Shown here one piece after another: positions 20,291-29,700 of a stretch of 64,000 nucleotides of DNA. Each line of letters starts with the position of its first letter. Within the stretch, counting starts at the first letter, position 1. The stretch covers positions 32,001 to 96,000 of the forward strand of contig JBDHHQ010000004.1 in assembly GCA_039589315.1 (NCBI GenBank), read 5' to 3'. Both the position numbers and the translations under genes were made by a program. The stretch is from Gemmatimonadota bacterium. Its GTDB lineage: Bacteria > Gemmatimonadota > Gemmatimonadetes > Longimicrobiales > Gaopeijiaceae. Under the pieces are notes generated by a model. It was not told the origin of the DNA, did not search any database, and worked only from the letters and a program-made list of their open reading frames with translations.

Positions 20291-21231
20291 TGGTTCGCTC
20301 GCTGCCTCCGCCGAAAGAAGTCCGCGAGCACCATGAGATGGTCTGTCGCGGTGTTCACGTCGACCAGGTCCGCTCCTACCTGGGTCAGAAGCAGGGCCAT
20401 GTCCGCCCGGGCCTGAAGGACGCTGTGCTTGTATCGTTCCCGGATCCGACGGCTGCCCGTGTTCATCACGACCCGCCGTCCACTCTCCGGATCCGTCATC
20501 TCCACCCAACCGACGTCAGGCAACTCGTCCGCAGCGCGGCTGGCGAGTCGGACGGCGATCAGGTCATGGGTGCTGGCGACGCGCGTCAGCGCCTGCCGGA
20601 ACGCCGAGCCGCCGGGGCTCTGGATGAAGTCGCTGATCATGAAGACCGTCGCCCGGTGATTGATGGAGGCGTTGATCCACTCCAGTCCCGGGGTGAGATC
20701 CGTGCCCGTCCTCTGTGGACGATGGGAGAGGAGGGTCGCCACGAGCCGGACGAGGTGCCTCGGCCCGGACGCGGGTCGCAGCACGAACTCGACGCGGTCG
20801 CTCACCAGGAGGAGCCCGACCCGGTCACTCTGCCGGCTGGCGGCGAACGCCAGAGCCGCGGCCACTTCCTCGGCCACCTCCCCCGCGCTTCGCTCCCCCG
20901 GCCCGTACTGTCCAGAGGCGGAAATGTCGACCATGAGCACGCCAAGCAGGTTGCGCTCCTCGACGAACTGCCGGACGAACGGCGACTGTCGTCGAGCCGT
21001 CACCTTCCAGTCGATCGCGCGCACGTCGTCGCCCGGCTGATAGTCCCGCACGCTGGAGAATTCGAGACCCCGCCCCGAAAAAACCGCTGCGTACTCCCCC
21101 ATGAAGAGAGAGTCGACAAGCCCGCGCGTCCGTACCCCCAGGCTGCGCACCTTGCGCAGCACCTCGGGAGTGAGGGGCGTGCGCTCAGCGCGCCCGTCGT
21201 GCCGATCCCGGCGACGGCGTAGCAGACCCAA
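20287..21231 (-). CDS. DUF58 domain protein
   Basis: GRGLEFSSVRDYQPGDDVRAIDWKVTAR, VRQFVEER, VDISAS and FMISDF. Confidence 0.92.
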   Translation of the reverse strand: MGLLRRRRDRHDGRAERTPLTPEVLRKVRSLGVRTRGLVDSLFMGEYAAVFSGRGLEFSSVRDYQPGDDVRAIDWKVTARRQSPFVRQFVEERNLLGVLMVDISASGQYGPGERSAGEVAEEVAAALAFAASRQSDRVGLLLVSDRVEFVLRPASGPRHLVRLVATLLSHRPQRTGTDLTPGLEWINASINHRATVFMISDFIQSPGGSAFRQALTRVASTHDLIAVRLASRAADELPDVGWVEMTDPESGRRVVMNTGSRRIRERYKHSVLQARADMALLLTQVGADLVDVNTATDHLMVLADFFRRRQRANQ

Positions 21232-21236
21232 TGTTG

Positions 21237-22244
21237 TCAGGGAGCCGGCACGGTGGACAGGAGCGAGGTGACCATCTGATCCGCGTCGATTCCCCGGGCG
21301 TCGGCCTCATAGGTCGTCTTGATCCGGTGGCGAAGCACAGGTGGAGCCATCGCCTTCACGTCGTCGGGAAGCACGTAGTCGCGGCCCTGGAGGTACGCAT
21401 GGGCGCGGGCGGCGCGGGTCAAGAAGATGGTGGCCCGGGGCGAGATGCCGAACTCCATGAGGTCACCCAGCTCCGAAAGCCCGGCCTGCTCGGGCTCCCG
21501 GGTCGCGAACACGAGCTCCACGATGTAGTCCTGAATCCGGTCGTGTACCCGTACGCCCTCGAGCTCCTCCCGGGCCTCGAGGATCTCGGCCGCGCTCGTG
21601 GGCGACTCGATCTCGGGGCCTCGGGTGTCACCCGTGAGGAGCGCGACCCGGTCGATGATCTCCTTTTCGTCCGTCCTGCCCGGATACCCGATCCTCAGCT
21701 TCATCATGAATCGATCCAGCTGCGCCTCGGCCAACGGGTAAGTGCCCTGGTGCTCGATGGGGTTCTGGGTAGCCAGCACGAGAAAGGGAGAAGGCAGCGG
21801 ATAGGTCTTGCCGTCGATCGTGACCTGCTTCTCCTCCATGGCCTCGAGCAAACCCGATTGGACTTTGGGCGAAGCGCGATTGATCTCGTCCGCGAGCACC
21901 AGGTTCGCGAAGATCGGTCCCTTGTGGACCCGAAACTCGCCCGTTCCCTGATGGTAGACCGGAGTCCCCACGATGTCGCCGGGAAGCAGGTCAGGGGTCA
22001 GCTGAATGCGACCGAAAGTGGTGTGCAACGCATCCGCGAGGGAGCGCACGAGCAGAGTCTTGGCTAGGCCCGGCAGTCCCTCCAGGAGAATATGGCCCCC
22101 AGTCATGAGGCCAATGAGGAGCCCCTGGACAGTCTCGTCCTGGCCGACGACCCGCTGATGGACCGCGTCCGCGACCTGTTGAAGCAGCCGGTAGCGATTC
22201 GCAGGAGCGTACGCCTGCGCGCTCTCGGCGGGGGAATTCGGCAC
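21237..22244 (-). CDS. moxR: MoxR family AAA+ ATPase
   Basis: VVGQ, Walker A LEGLPGLAKT, RIQLTPDLLPGD, Walker B LADEINRA and ATQNPIEHQGTYPLAEAQLDRF. The start (GTG 22244) is approximate. Confidence 0.93.
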   Translation of the reverse strand: MPNSPAESAQAYAPANRYRLLQQVADAVHQRVVGQDETVQGLLIGLMTGGHILLEGLPGLAKTLLVRSLADALHTTFGRIQLTPDLLPGDIVGTPVYHQGTGEFRVHKGPIFANLVLADEINRASPKVQSGLLEAMEEKQVTIDGKTYPLPSPFLVLATQNPIEHQGTYPLAEAQLDRFMMKLRIGYPGRTDEKEIIDRVALLTGDTRGPEIESPTSAAEILEAREELEGVRVHDRIQDYIVELVFATREPEQAGLSELGDLMEFGISPRATIFLTRAARAHAYLQGRDYVLPDDVKAMAPPVLRHRIKTTYEADARGIDADQMVTSLLSTVPAP

Positions 22245-22352
22245 GGGGACACCGTCCTGCCACGGGGATCTTGCGGAACTTATAGAAGTAGTAAATGACC
22301 GCATCGACTTTGTCGCCGCAAGAGGCGGCGCCGAGTCGTCAAGCACCTACGG

Positions 22353-23609
22353 TCATGGAGATTGTCCGTGCAGCTCCTCGATGGGCACGAAATCGATGTC
22401 GAACCCGAAGTGTCGAGGACCCAGCGCCTCGATGGCCTGGGGCGTGCGCCATAGCGCGGCCGCCGGAAAGCCAATGACGGTCAACTCCTCCCCCACCCGG
22501 AAGCTCCCGATCACCGCCTCGCCCCCCCGCATGGCCCAACCGGTCGCCGGATCTACGGCCGCGATGATATCGGGCGCGGCCGCGTTGAGCTCGCCGTCGC
22601 GCCAAGCGACCATATTCTCGTTCTTGTTGTAGATGTGATACTCGCTTCCTTCATATTCGCCGATCCCCGCGAGGTACGCGTCAGTCCATCCGAATCCACG
22701 CTCCCCGCGGGACTCCGACCGGGTGACTGTACCCTTGAAGAGGACGAAGCCACCCCCGGCCTCGACCACGGCCTGGACTGGGTCACTCCCAGCCTCGACA
22801 GCTTCCCGCGCTGCCCGACCCAGGCGAATGCACTGACTGAGAAAGGCCGGGATCAGGTTCTCCTTGAGCTCTGCGCCCGAAAGCGCGTTGGCTGCCACGC
22901 GCACGCCTCCTCCGCTCGCGACCGCGAGACTGCGAGTCAGGTCCTCGGTCCGAGAGTCGTCATAGACGGTCGGGAAGATGAACACGTCGCCGTACCGCGT
23001 CACCCCCGCGAATGGCGCGCGCGTGATACCGCTGTTCAGGTTGAACGGGCTCATCTGGACCTCGGGGAGGCAACGACCCGATGGCCCGCCGTCGATGATC
23101 GGGATCCCGAGCCGAGCTGCGGTCAACAAGGCGCCGACCGTGGCTCCGCCTGCCTCGGCCTGGAATGTGACGGTGAATTGTCGACCGATGTACTCGCCCA
23201 GAATCTGCTCGGGTGTCGGGCGGGCCGGATCGGGCTCGAACCCCTGTGCTTCGTAGCGGTCGATGACGTCCTGCCACGCGCCGCCTCCGCCGATTCCGAA
23301 GCTCGTGAAGCCGAACCAGTCGTCGGGCACGTCCTCGAGGGCGATCATCGTGAAAGTTTGGCCCTGGCGTACGGCATCGGTAATGCGATCGATATTCCGC
23401 CGAGTGTCGATCCCACGAGAACAGAAGATGCCCGCTCCCACCATCATGTCCACGAGCTCCTGTTCCGTCAGGGTCCTGATCGGCGGATCGACCTGTGCAT
23501 CCGGTCCGTCTGGCGCGTCCGTGCCACGCGGAGCTTCCACGCACGCGAAGCTCGCCACCGCCATTGTGGCTGCCCACCACAGCGACCCGACTCCAATTCG
23601 TCCGCGCAT
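22353..23609 (-). CDS. DUF917 family protein (thiohydantoin desulfurase-like fold), predicted lipoprotein
   Basis: Lipobox-like ASFA-C. DUF917-type features IIDGGPSGRCLPEVQM, RLGRAAREA, LFKGTV, NKNENMVAW, APDII and LGPRHFGFD. Confidence 0.8.
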   Translation of the reverse strand: MRGRIGVGSLWWAATMAVASFACVEAPRGTDAPDGPDAQVDPPIRTLTEQELVDMMVGAGIFCSRGIDTRRNIDRITDAVRQGQTFTMIALEDVPDDWFGFTSFGIGGGGAWQDVIDRYEAQGFEPDPARPTPEQILGEYIGRQFTVTFQAEAGGATVGALLTAARLGIPIIDGGPSGRCLPEVQMSPFNLNSGITRAPFAGVTRYGDVFIFPTVYDDSRTEDLTRSLAVASGGGVRVAANALSGAELKENLIPAFLSQCIRLGRAAREAVEAGSDPVQAVVEAGGGFVLFKGTVTRSESRGERGFGWTDAYLAGIGEYEGSEYHIYNKNENMVAWRDGELNAAAPDIIAAVDPATGWAMRGGEAVIGSFRVGEELTVIGFPAAALWRTPQAIEALGPRHFGFDIDFVPIEELHGQSP

Positions 23610-23662
23610 TGAACTAGACCCCTGTCTTGTAGGCAGACGTGCTGCCGAATGGTTTGTCGATC

Positions 23663-24076
23663 CTATCGGCCGGCAGGTTCCAGGATCAGCTGGTGGGGAA
23701 GCCGGATGGTCAGGTGGAGTGAGTCGCCTGGGTTGAGGCGCGGCATCGGATTCGACGTCGCCGTTCGGCGGCTCGTGGTGAAGTCGGCGACGATCCGTAC
23801 CTCCATCATCGCGCGCCACGGGATCTGGAAGGTGGCGCTGCTCCGACCGTCGATGGTCCCCAGTGGGCTCGCGACCGCGGTGTCCCACCTGTACCTGAGC
23901 GTGATAGGCTCGCCAAGCTGATTGTCGACAGTCAGCGTGAGGGGTGCGGTGCCTTCGCCGGGAGCGGCCGTGCCGGGACCGGTGGCCGCCTGGCCGGAAC
24001 TGCAGGCCAGGGCGAGTGGGGCCAACAGGCAGCACACGGCTGCCAGTGTCTGAAGGGGGCGCTTGTCTCTGGCCAT
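23663..24076 (-). CDS. Hypothetical lipoprotein
   Basis: Lipobox LALA-C, then a small beta-rich domain (LTLTVDNQLGEPITL...LGTIDGRSSATF). Confidence 0.65.
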   Translation of the reverse strand: MARDKRPLQTLAAVCCLLAPLALACSSGQAATGPGTAAPGEGTAPLTLTVDNQLGEPITLRYRWDTAVASPLGTIDGRSSATFQIPWRAMMEVRIVADFTTSRRTATSNPMPRLNPGDSLHLTIRLPHQLILEPAGR

Positions 24077-24117
24077 GACGCTCTCCTCGGCAAGAAGACG
24101 CGGATGCTTCACTTGCC

Positions 24118-24207
24118 ATCGTAGATGCGCCTCTGAGGGGGTGTCAAACGCGGGGCGAATATGGTCGTGTGCTCTGTTGACACGCCTGCATGCGCATAGC
24201 CTATTGC
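24118..24207. promoter_or_regulatory. Divergent sigma70-like promoters between the lipoprotein/DUF917 unit and hydantoinase A/B
   Basis: Minus strand TTGACA (24142-24147), 18 nt, TACGAT (24118-24123). Plus strand TTGACA (24177-24182) with only a weak -10 candidate. Confidence 0.5.
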
Positions 24208-24324
24208 AGCCTTCATCCCGACCCGACGTCCCTCGTTTTCTCCACCCGTCATTGGCCAAGGACGGGCGGCTTGGACTTTGGCGTCTCAACTCGACATCAA
24301 GCCCCGGACTGGAAGGTAGAGCCA

Positions 24325-26376
24325 ATGTCGGACAAGCGTCTCGCCGTCGACGTGGGCGGCACGTTCATCGACTTCGTGCTACTGGACGAAGCCACCGGCG
24401 CGGTCGAGGTCGAAAAGGAGCCCTCCCTGATCCGCGAGCTCCCTGAGCACATCTTTCGAGGTATCAATCGGCTCGCAGTGGATCTTTCGGACCTCGAGAT
24501 GATCATCCACGGGTCCACCATCGTGATCAACACCATCCTCCAGGAGGTAGGCGGCAAGGTGGGGCTCATCACGACCCAGGGCTTTCGGGACGTCCTCGAA
24601 TTAGGGCGTGGCAACCGCCCGCAGGTCTACAACCTCCTGTACAAGCCGCCCAAGCCCCTCATTCCCCGCTACCTGCGATTCGAGGTGCCTGAGCGACTGA
24701 GCTACAAGGGCGAGGTCGTCACTCCGCTCGACGAGTCGGCGACGCGCGAGGCCATCGAAAAGCTGAAGGGCCGAGGGGTCGAGGCGATTGCCGTCTGCTT
24801 CCTTCATGCCTACGCCGACCCCGGCCACGAACGGAGGGTCAGGGAGATCGCGGCGGAAGCGTTCCCGGAAGCGTATGTGGCAATCTCCTCCGATGTGACC
24901 GGCGAGTTCCGCGAGTTCGAGCGGACGTCCACCGTGTCCCTGAACACGTACGTGATGCCCCGGATCGGGGCATACCTGTCCGATCTCGAGCACCGACTGG
25001 CCGACGGTGGCTATCAGGGCGCCCTCAGCATCATCCAGTCGACCGGGGGCCTCATGTCGTCCGAAGAGGCTCGCCACCTCCCCATCAGGACCCTCGAGTC
25101 AGGGCCGGCCGGGGGCGTGATCGGCGCCGTTGCGCTCGGGAGGAAGATCGGCCAGTCAAACCTCATCGCCGCGGACGTCGGAGGAACCAGCTTCGACGTG
25201 GCGATGGTGCTCGACGGGCGACCATTCGAGAAGTCGGAGACGACGGTAAACGAGCGCCCCGTCCTCCAGCCGACCATCGACATCGCCTCAATCGGCGCCG
25301 GTGGAGGCAGCATCGCGTGGATCGACGACGCGGGCGGGTTCAGGGTGGGTCCTCTCAGCGCGGAGGCGGATCCGGGTCCCGTGTGCTTCGGCCGAGGCGG
25401 GACCGAGCCCACGGTCACCGATGCTCATGTCGTCCTCGGGCGGATCAACCCGGACCTGTTCCTGGGCCACCGGATGGAGCTCGACGTGGACGGAGCCGCG
25501 CAAGCCATTCAGGACAAGATCGCCGACCCCCTGGGGCTTACTCTGACCGAGGCTGCCTTCGGGATCACGCACCTGGCGGACACGAACATGATCCACGCCA
25601 TTCGCCGGGTTACGATCGAGCGCGGGCACGACCCAAGAGATTTCAGCCTGCTCTGCTATGGAGGCGGCGGGGGTTTGTTCGCTGGATCCCTCATGAGGGA
25701 GATGCAGATCGGCCAGGCGATCATCCCCTTGAATCCAGCGGTCTTCTCGGCGTGGGGCATCTTGAACTCGGACTTCCGGGAGGACGCCGTTCGGACGTCC
25801 GTGATGCCCACGAGCGATCTGGATGCGGACCAGCTTCTGGCCCTGTTCGACGCGCTGCAGGAGCAGCTCGAGCAGAGGATGAAGAAGAATGCGCCCGGCG
25901 CCGAGGGCATGCGTCTGATCCACATGGCGGACATGCGGTACGAGGGGCAGGAACACACCGTGAAGGTGCCTCTGCCGCCCCCGGACGAGCTCAGGGCCCA
26001 GGGGATTCAGGCGGTGCAGGAGCGCTTCGACGAGCTGCACCAGACGACGTACGCCCACTCGTCTCCCGGGATGCCGACCGAGCTCGTCAACCTGAGGATG
26101 GCGGCGGTCCTGGAGTCCAAGAAGCCGGAGCTCGCGGAGATCCAGGAAGGATCGGGCGACGGCAGCGCCGCCTTCAAGGCTAACCGGCAGGTCTACTTCA
26201 AGGACGTCGATGACGCGATGGACTGCCCCACCTTCGACCGGGGGGCCCTCGGCTCAGGGGACCGGATCGCGGGTCCTGCGATCATCGAGGAGTGGAACTC
26301 GACGACCATCGTGCATCCGGGGCAGCTCCTGGAGGTCGACGCGTACGGCAACCTGATCATCAGCGAGGTGGCGTGA
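24325..26376 (+). CDS. hyuA: Hydantoinase A / 5-oxoprolinase-type ATP-binding subunit
   Basis: LAVDVGGTFID, HGSTIVIN, LITTQGFRDVLELGR, EFREFERTST, ESGPAGG, DVGGTSFD, IGAGGGS, GPLSAEADPGP, PTVTDA and DMRYEGQ. No signal peptide. Substrate unknown. Confidence 0.92.
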   Translation: MSDKRLAVDVGGTFIDFVLLDEATGAVEVEKEPSLIRELPEHIFRGINRLAVDLSDLEMIIHGSTIVINTILQEVGGKVGLITTQGFRDVLELGRGNRPQVYNLLYKPPKPLIPRYLRFEVPERLSYKGEVVTPLDESATREAIEKLKGRGVEAIAVCFLHAYADPGHERRVREIAAEAFPEAYVAISSDVTGEFREFERTSTVSLNTYVMPRIGAYLSDLEHRLADGGYQGALSIIQSTGGLMSSEEARHLPIRTLESGPAGGVIGAVALGRKIGQSNLIAADVGGTSFDVAMVLDGRPFEKSETTVNERPVLQPTIDIASIGAGGGSIAWIDDAGGFRVGPLSAEADPGPVCFGRGGTEPTVTDAHVVLGRINPDLFLGHRMELDVDGAAQAIQDKIADPLGLTLTEAAFGITHLADTNMIHAIRRVTIERGHDPRDFSLLCYGGGGGLFAGSLMREMQIGQAIIPLNPAVFSAWGILNSDFREDAVRTSVMPTSDLDADQLLALFDALQEQLEQRMKKNAPGAEGMRLIHMADMRYEGQEHTVKVPLPPPDELRAQGIQAVQERFDELHQTTYAHSSPGMPTELVNLRMAAVLESKKPELAEIQEGSGDGSAAFKANRQVYFKDVDDAMDCPTFDRGALGSGDRIAGPAIIEEWNSTTIVHPGQLLEVDAYGNLIISEVA

Positions 26377-26378
26377 CC

Positions 26379-28157
26379 ATGGCAACCGTATCGATGGAGA
26401 AGCAGATCGATCCCATCACGACCCAGGTAATCCGCAACGCGATGGTGACTGCCGCCGAGGAGATGCGCCTGACCTTGGTAAAGACGGCGTACAACCCGCT
26501 CATCTACGAGGTGCAGGACTTCGCCGTCGCCCTCCTGAACCGAGAGGGCGAGATGTTGGCCCAGGGCACGTCGCTACCGCTGTTCCTGCCCGCCCTCACG
26601 TTCACCATCAAGAGCGGCCTCGAGAAATTCGGCACCGGCGGCTTCGACGAGGGCGACGTGATGCTCGCCAACGATCCATATAGCACAGGAACGCACATCT
26701 CCGATACGTCCATCTACATGCCGATCTTCTTCGACGGCGAGCTCCAGGGCTTCTGTGCAAACACGGCGCATTGGGCAGACGTGGGTGGCAAGACCCCGGG
26801 CGGTTGGTGCCCGGACTCCAACGACGTCTTCCAGGAGGGAATGATCTTTCCGCACCTGAAGCTCTACGAGGAGGGGCAGCTCAACCGGACCATGATGGAC
26901 TACATCATGGCCAACACGCGCTTCCCCGACCTGGTCAGAGGTGACCTGGGTGCTCAGATCGCGGCCTGCAAGACCGGCGTCAACCGGTACGTGGCGCTCT
27001 GCGAGAAGTACGGAGCCGAAACGGCCCGGGAGGCCATGGAGCTCGTGTTCGACCAGTCCGAGGCCCTCATGCGCCGCATGATCGGAGAGATGCCCGACGG
27101 GGAGTGGAGCGCGGAAACGTCGATGGATCACGACGGCATCGTCAAGGACGTGCAGCGCAAGATCAAGGTGACGGTCCGGATCGAGGGAGACGAAGCCACG
27201 GTCGACTTCACAGGCACGGACGAGACCGCCACGGGTCCGATCAACTGTCCGCTCGCCGCGTCCCGAGCCGCCGCCGAGATCGCCTTCAAGTCGGCCACGC
27301 TGCCCCATGAGCCAGCCAACGAGGGTCACAGTCGGCCCCTAAAGGTGATCTCGCCGGAGCACACGATCACGAACCCGTCTTGGCCGGCCCCCTGTGACTC
27401 GTATGGCTACGCAGCGCTGATCATCATCGATCTGGTGAGCGAGGCACTGTCCTACGCCGTGCCGGATCGCACGGTGGCGGGGGAATACATGCTCTTCGGC
27501 GCCTGGTTCTTCCGCACCGACCCACGTTTCGGCAAGCCGTTCATATACATCGATCCCGTGGACGGGGGCGGCGGCGCGTCTTCCTTCGACGACGGAGCAG
27601 ACGGGCTCATATTCCACGGTGACGGGGACGCGCCCAACACGCCGGTGGAGGTGGCCGAGTCCCGATATCCGATTCGCATCGAGCGCTACGAGCTCCACAC
27701 CGAGGAATACGGCGTGGGCAGATTCCGTGGCGGGATGGGGACCATTCGGGACTACCGGTTCCTCACGGACAGCGTCTCCACCCAAGTCGCCAACGAGCAG
27801 ACGAAGTGCCGGCCCCACGGCCTGCATGGCGGGGCCGACGCGGGGATCAATCGGCTGTGGGTGCGCCCCGGCACCGAACAGCAGGAGATCATCACGGAGC
27901 GGGTCTCGTTCTATGGTCCGTTCGTGACCAACGACGTCCTGAGCTGCCGCACCGGCGGAGGCGGGGGATTCGGAGATCCGCTGGAGCGGGATCCCGAGCG
28001 GGTTCGATGGGAAGTCCTGAACGAGCTCCTGACTCCGGAGCAGGCGAGAGAGTCGTACGGCGTCATCGTCGGGGAGGACGGAGATGGAGATCCGGTCATC
28101 GACCTGGCCGCCACCGAGGCGCTCCGAACGGAAAGACGAGCTTCGGCGAGCGCCTAG
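26379..28157 (+). CDS. hyuB: Hydantoinase B / oxoprolinase-type catalytic subunit
   Basis: AEEM...TAYNP, NDPYSTGTHISD, AHWADVGGKTPG, FQEG, NTPVEVAESRYP, GVGRFRGGMG and TGGGGGFGDPLERDP. Confidence 0.92.
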   Translation: MATVSMEKQIDPITTQVIRNAMVTAAEEMRLTLVKTAYNPLIYEVQDFAVALLNREGEMLAQGTSLPLFLPALTFTIKSGLEKFGTGGFDEGDVMLANDPYSTGTHISDTSIYMPIFFDGELQGFCANTAHWADVGGKTPGGWCPDSNDVFQEGMIFPHLKLYEEGQLNRTMMDYIMANTRFPDLVRGDLGAQIAACKTGVNRYVALCEKYGAETAREAMELVFDQSEALMRRMIGEMPDGEWSAETSMDHDGIVKDVQRKIKVTVRIEGDEATVDFTGTDETATGPINCPLAASRAAAEIAFKSATLPHEPANEGHSRPLKVISPEHTITNPSWPAPCDSYGYAALIIIDLVSEALSYAVPDRTVAGEYMLFGAWFFRTDPRFGKPFIYIDPVDGGGGASSFDDGADGLIFHGDGDAPNTPVEVAESRYPIRIERYELHTEEYGVGRFRGGMGTIRDYRFLTDSVSTQVANEQTKCRPHGLHGGADAGINRLWVRPGTEQQEIITERVSFYGPFVTNDVLSCRTGGGGGFGDPLERDPERVRWEVLNELLTPEQARESYGVIVGEDGDGDPVIDLAATEALRTERRASASA

Positions 28158-28232
28158 AATCGAGGGGGCCGAGGGCTAGAGGCCGGGTCGCCGGGCAGCC
28201 AGGCGTCGCCGGGCGCCCGGGACCCACGAACC

Positions 28233-29603
28233 TCAGTTCGAGGCCGACGCTAGCGCCGGCTTGTACTGGACGCCGCCCTTGAAGACGTAGAGGACGTTGC
28301 GCTGGTCGAGGGCGCTCATGTGCCTCAGCGGATTCCCGTCCACGACGATGATATCCGCCAGCTTGCCAGGCTCGATCGTGCCCAGGTCGTCACTCATTCC
28401 CACCAGGTCGGCGAAGTGGCGCGTGGCCATGCTGATGACCTTCATCGGTGGGATGCCATACGACACGAACAGGTCCATCTCCTGCCACGTGGATTCCCAG
28501 TGGAAGTTCATGGGCGTGCCCGAGTCGGTACCGATCACGAGCCGCACGCCCCCGTCGTAGGCTTGGCGGATCTTGGCCGCGTGGGTGCGATTCGCGTCCT
28601 TCGCCCCCTCGAAGTATCCGAGCCTTCCGGGCCAGCGGATGGACTCCCGCACGTCCTCGAAGACGTCCGGCGGCAGATCCCGACTCAGCTGGCGTTCGTC
28701 CAGCCGCTCGGGGTATGCCGTCGTGATGTCGTAGATACGGCTGACGATGGACGTCGGCGAGTAGAAGATCCCGTGGTCGGCCATGAGCTTGATGCTCTCC
28801 GCTTCCCGCAGCGGCTTCCGGCCTGCGCCCACGTGCTCGATGGACCGCGCCCCCATCTCGGCAGCAGCCCGCACCTCCTCGAGCGTGCTGGCGTGCACGA
28901 CGATCTGCCGCCCCGCCGCGTGGGCCTCCTCTGCGATGGCCATCCGTTCTTCCCGCGTCATCCGGGCGAGCTGGATCACCTTGATCATGTCGACCCCGGT
29001 GTCGATGAGCTCACGGGTCTTGCGCGCGGCATCCTCGGGGCCGTCCACCAGGGTGCGCACGAAGGCCTGTCCCGGTGGTGTGGTCTTCTGGAGGAAATTG
29101 CCGGTGACCAGGAGGCGAGGGCCCACGATCCGTCCCGCGTCGATCTCGTCACGGATCCAGACCGCGTCCTCGGTGAGGGCGGCCAGATCGCGCGCGCTCG
29201 TGACCCCAGCCATCAGCAGCTGAGGAGCGGAGATCTCCATGAACTCCCTCATCCGGTTCTGCTCGTAGTGGTAGCGCGGGAAGTATTCTCCGTAGACCCC
29301 GTGACCGATCAACAGAAGGTGGACGTGGGAATCACTGAGGCCGGGCATCACGGTGTAGCCCTCGGCGTCGACGACCCGGTAGCCGGAGGGGATCTCCGTG
29401 TCCGATACCCTCCCCACGTGGGAGATGCGCTCCCCTTCAACGAGCACGACCGCATCCCGCACCGGAGGCGCTTCGGTCCCGTCGATGAGATAGCCACCGA
29501 CAATGGCCAGCCGGTCGGATCCCTGGGCCGAGACCGGCCCGGCCCCTAGCACGGTGACGGCCAATGCGAGCGAGACTGCTGCGGCGGCTCCGTACCTTCT
29601 CAT
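28233..29603 (-). CDS. Secreted metal-dependent amidohydrolase (GHG/PMNFH subfamily)
   Basis: Signal peptide. MPGLSDSHVH, IKVIQ, VVHAS, IEHVG, GTDSGTPMNFH and GTIEPGKLADII. Confidence 0.9.
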   Translation of the reverse strand: MRRYGAAAAVSLALAVTVLGAGPVSAQGSDRLAIVGGYLIDGTEAPPVRDAVVLVEGERISHVGRVSDTEIPSGYRVVDAEGYTVMPGLSDSHVHLLLIGHGVYGEYFPRYHYEQNRMREFMEISAPQLLMAGVTSARDLAALTEDAVWIRDEIDAGRIVGPRLLVTGNFLQKTTPPGQAFVRTLVDGPEDAARKTRELIDTGVDMIKVIQLARMTREERMAIAEEAHAAGRQIVVHASTLEEVRAAAEMGARSIEHVGAGRKPLREAESIKLMADHGIFYSPTSIVSRIYDITTAYPERLDERQLSRDLPPDVFEDVRESIRWPGRLGYFEGAKDANRTHAAKIRQAYDGGVRLVIGTDSGTPMNFHWESTWQEMDLFVSYGIPPMKVISMATRHFADLVGMSDDLGTIEPGKLADIIVVDGNPLRHMSALDQRNVLYVFKGGVQYKPALASASN

Positions 29604-29700
29604 ACGTGGCTCCTGTCGTAGGCTCGGACGGACCGTGTTGGTGGAACGATCGCAGGGTTGGACGAGACCCGGGGGTGCGGGCGGAGGGCTTCTCCGGCCG

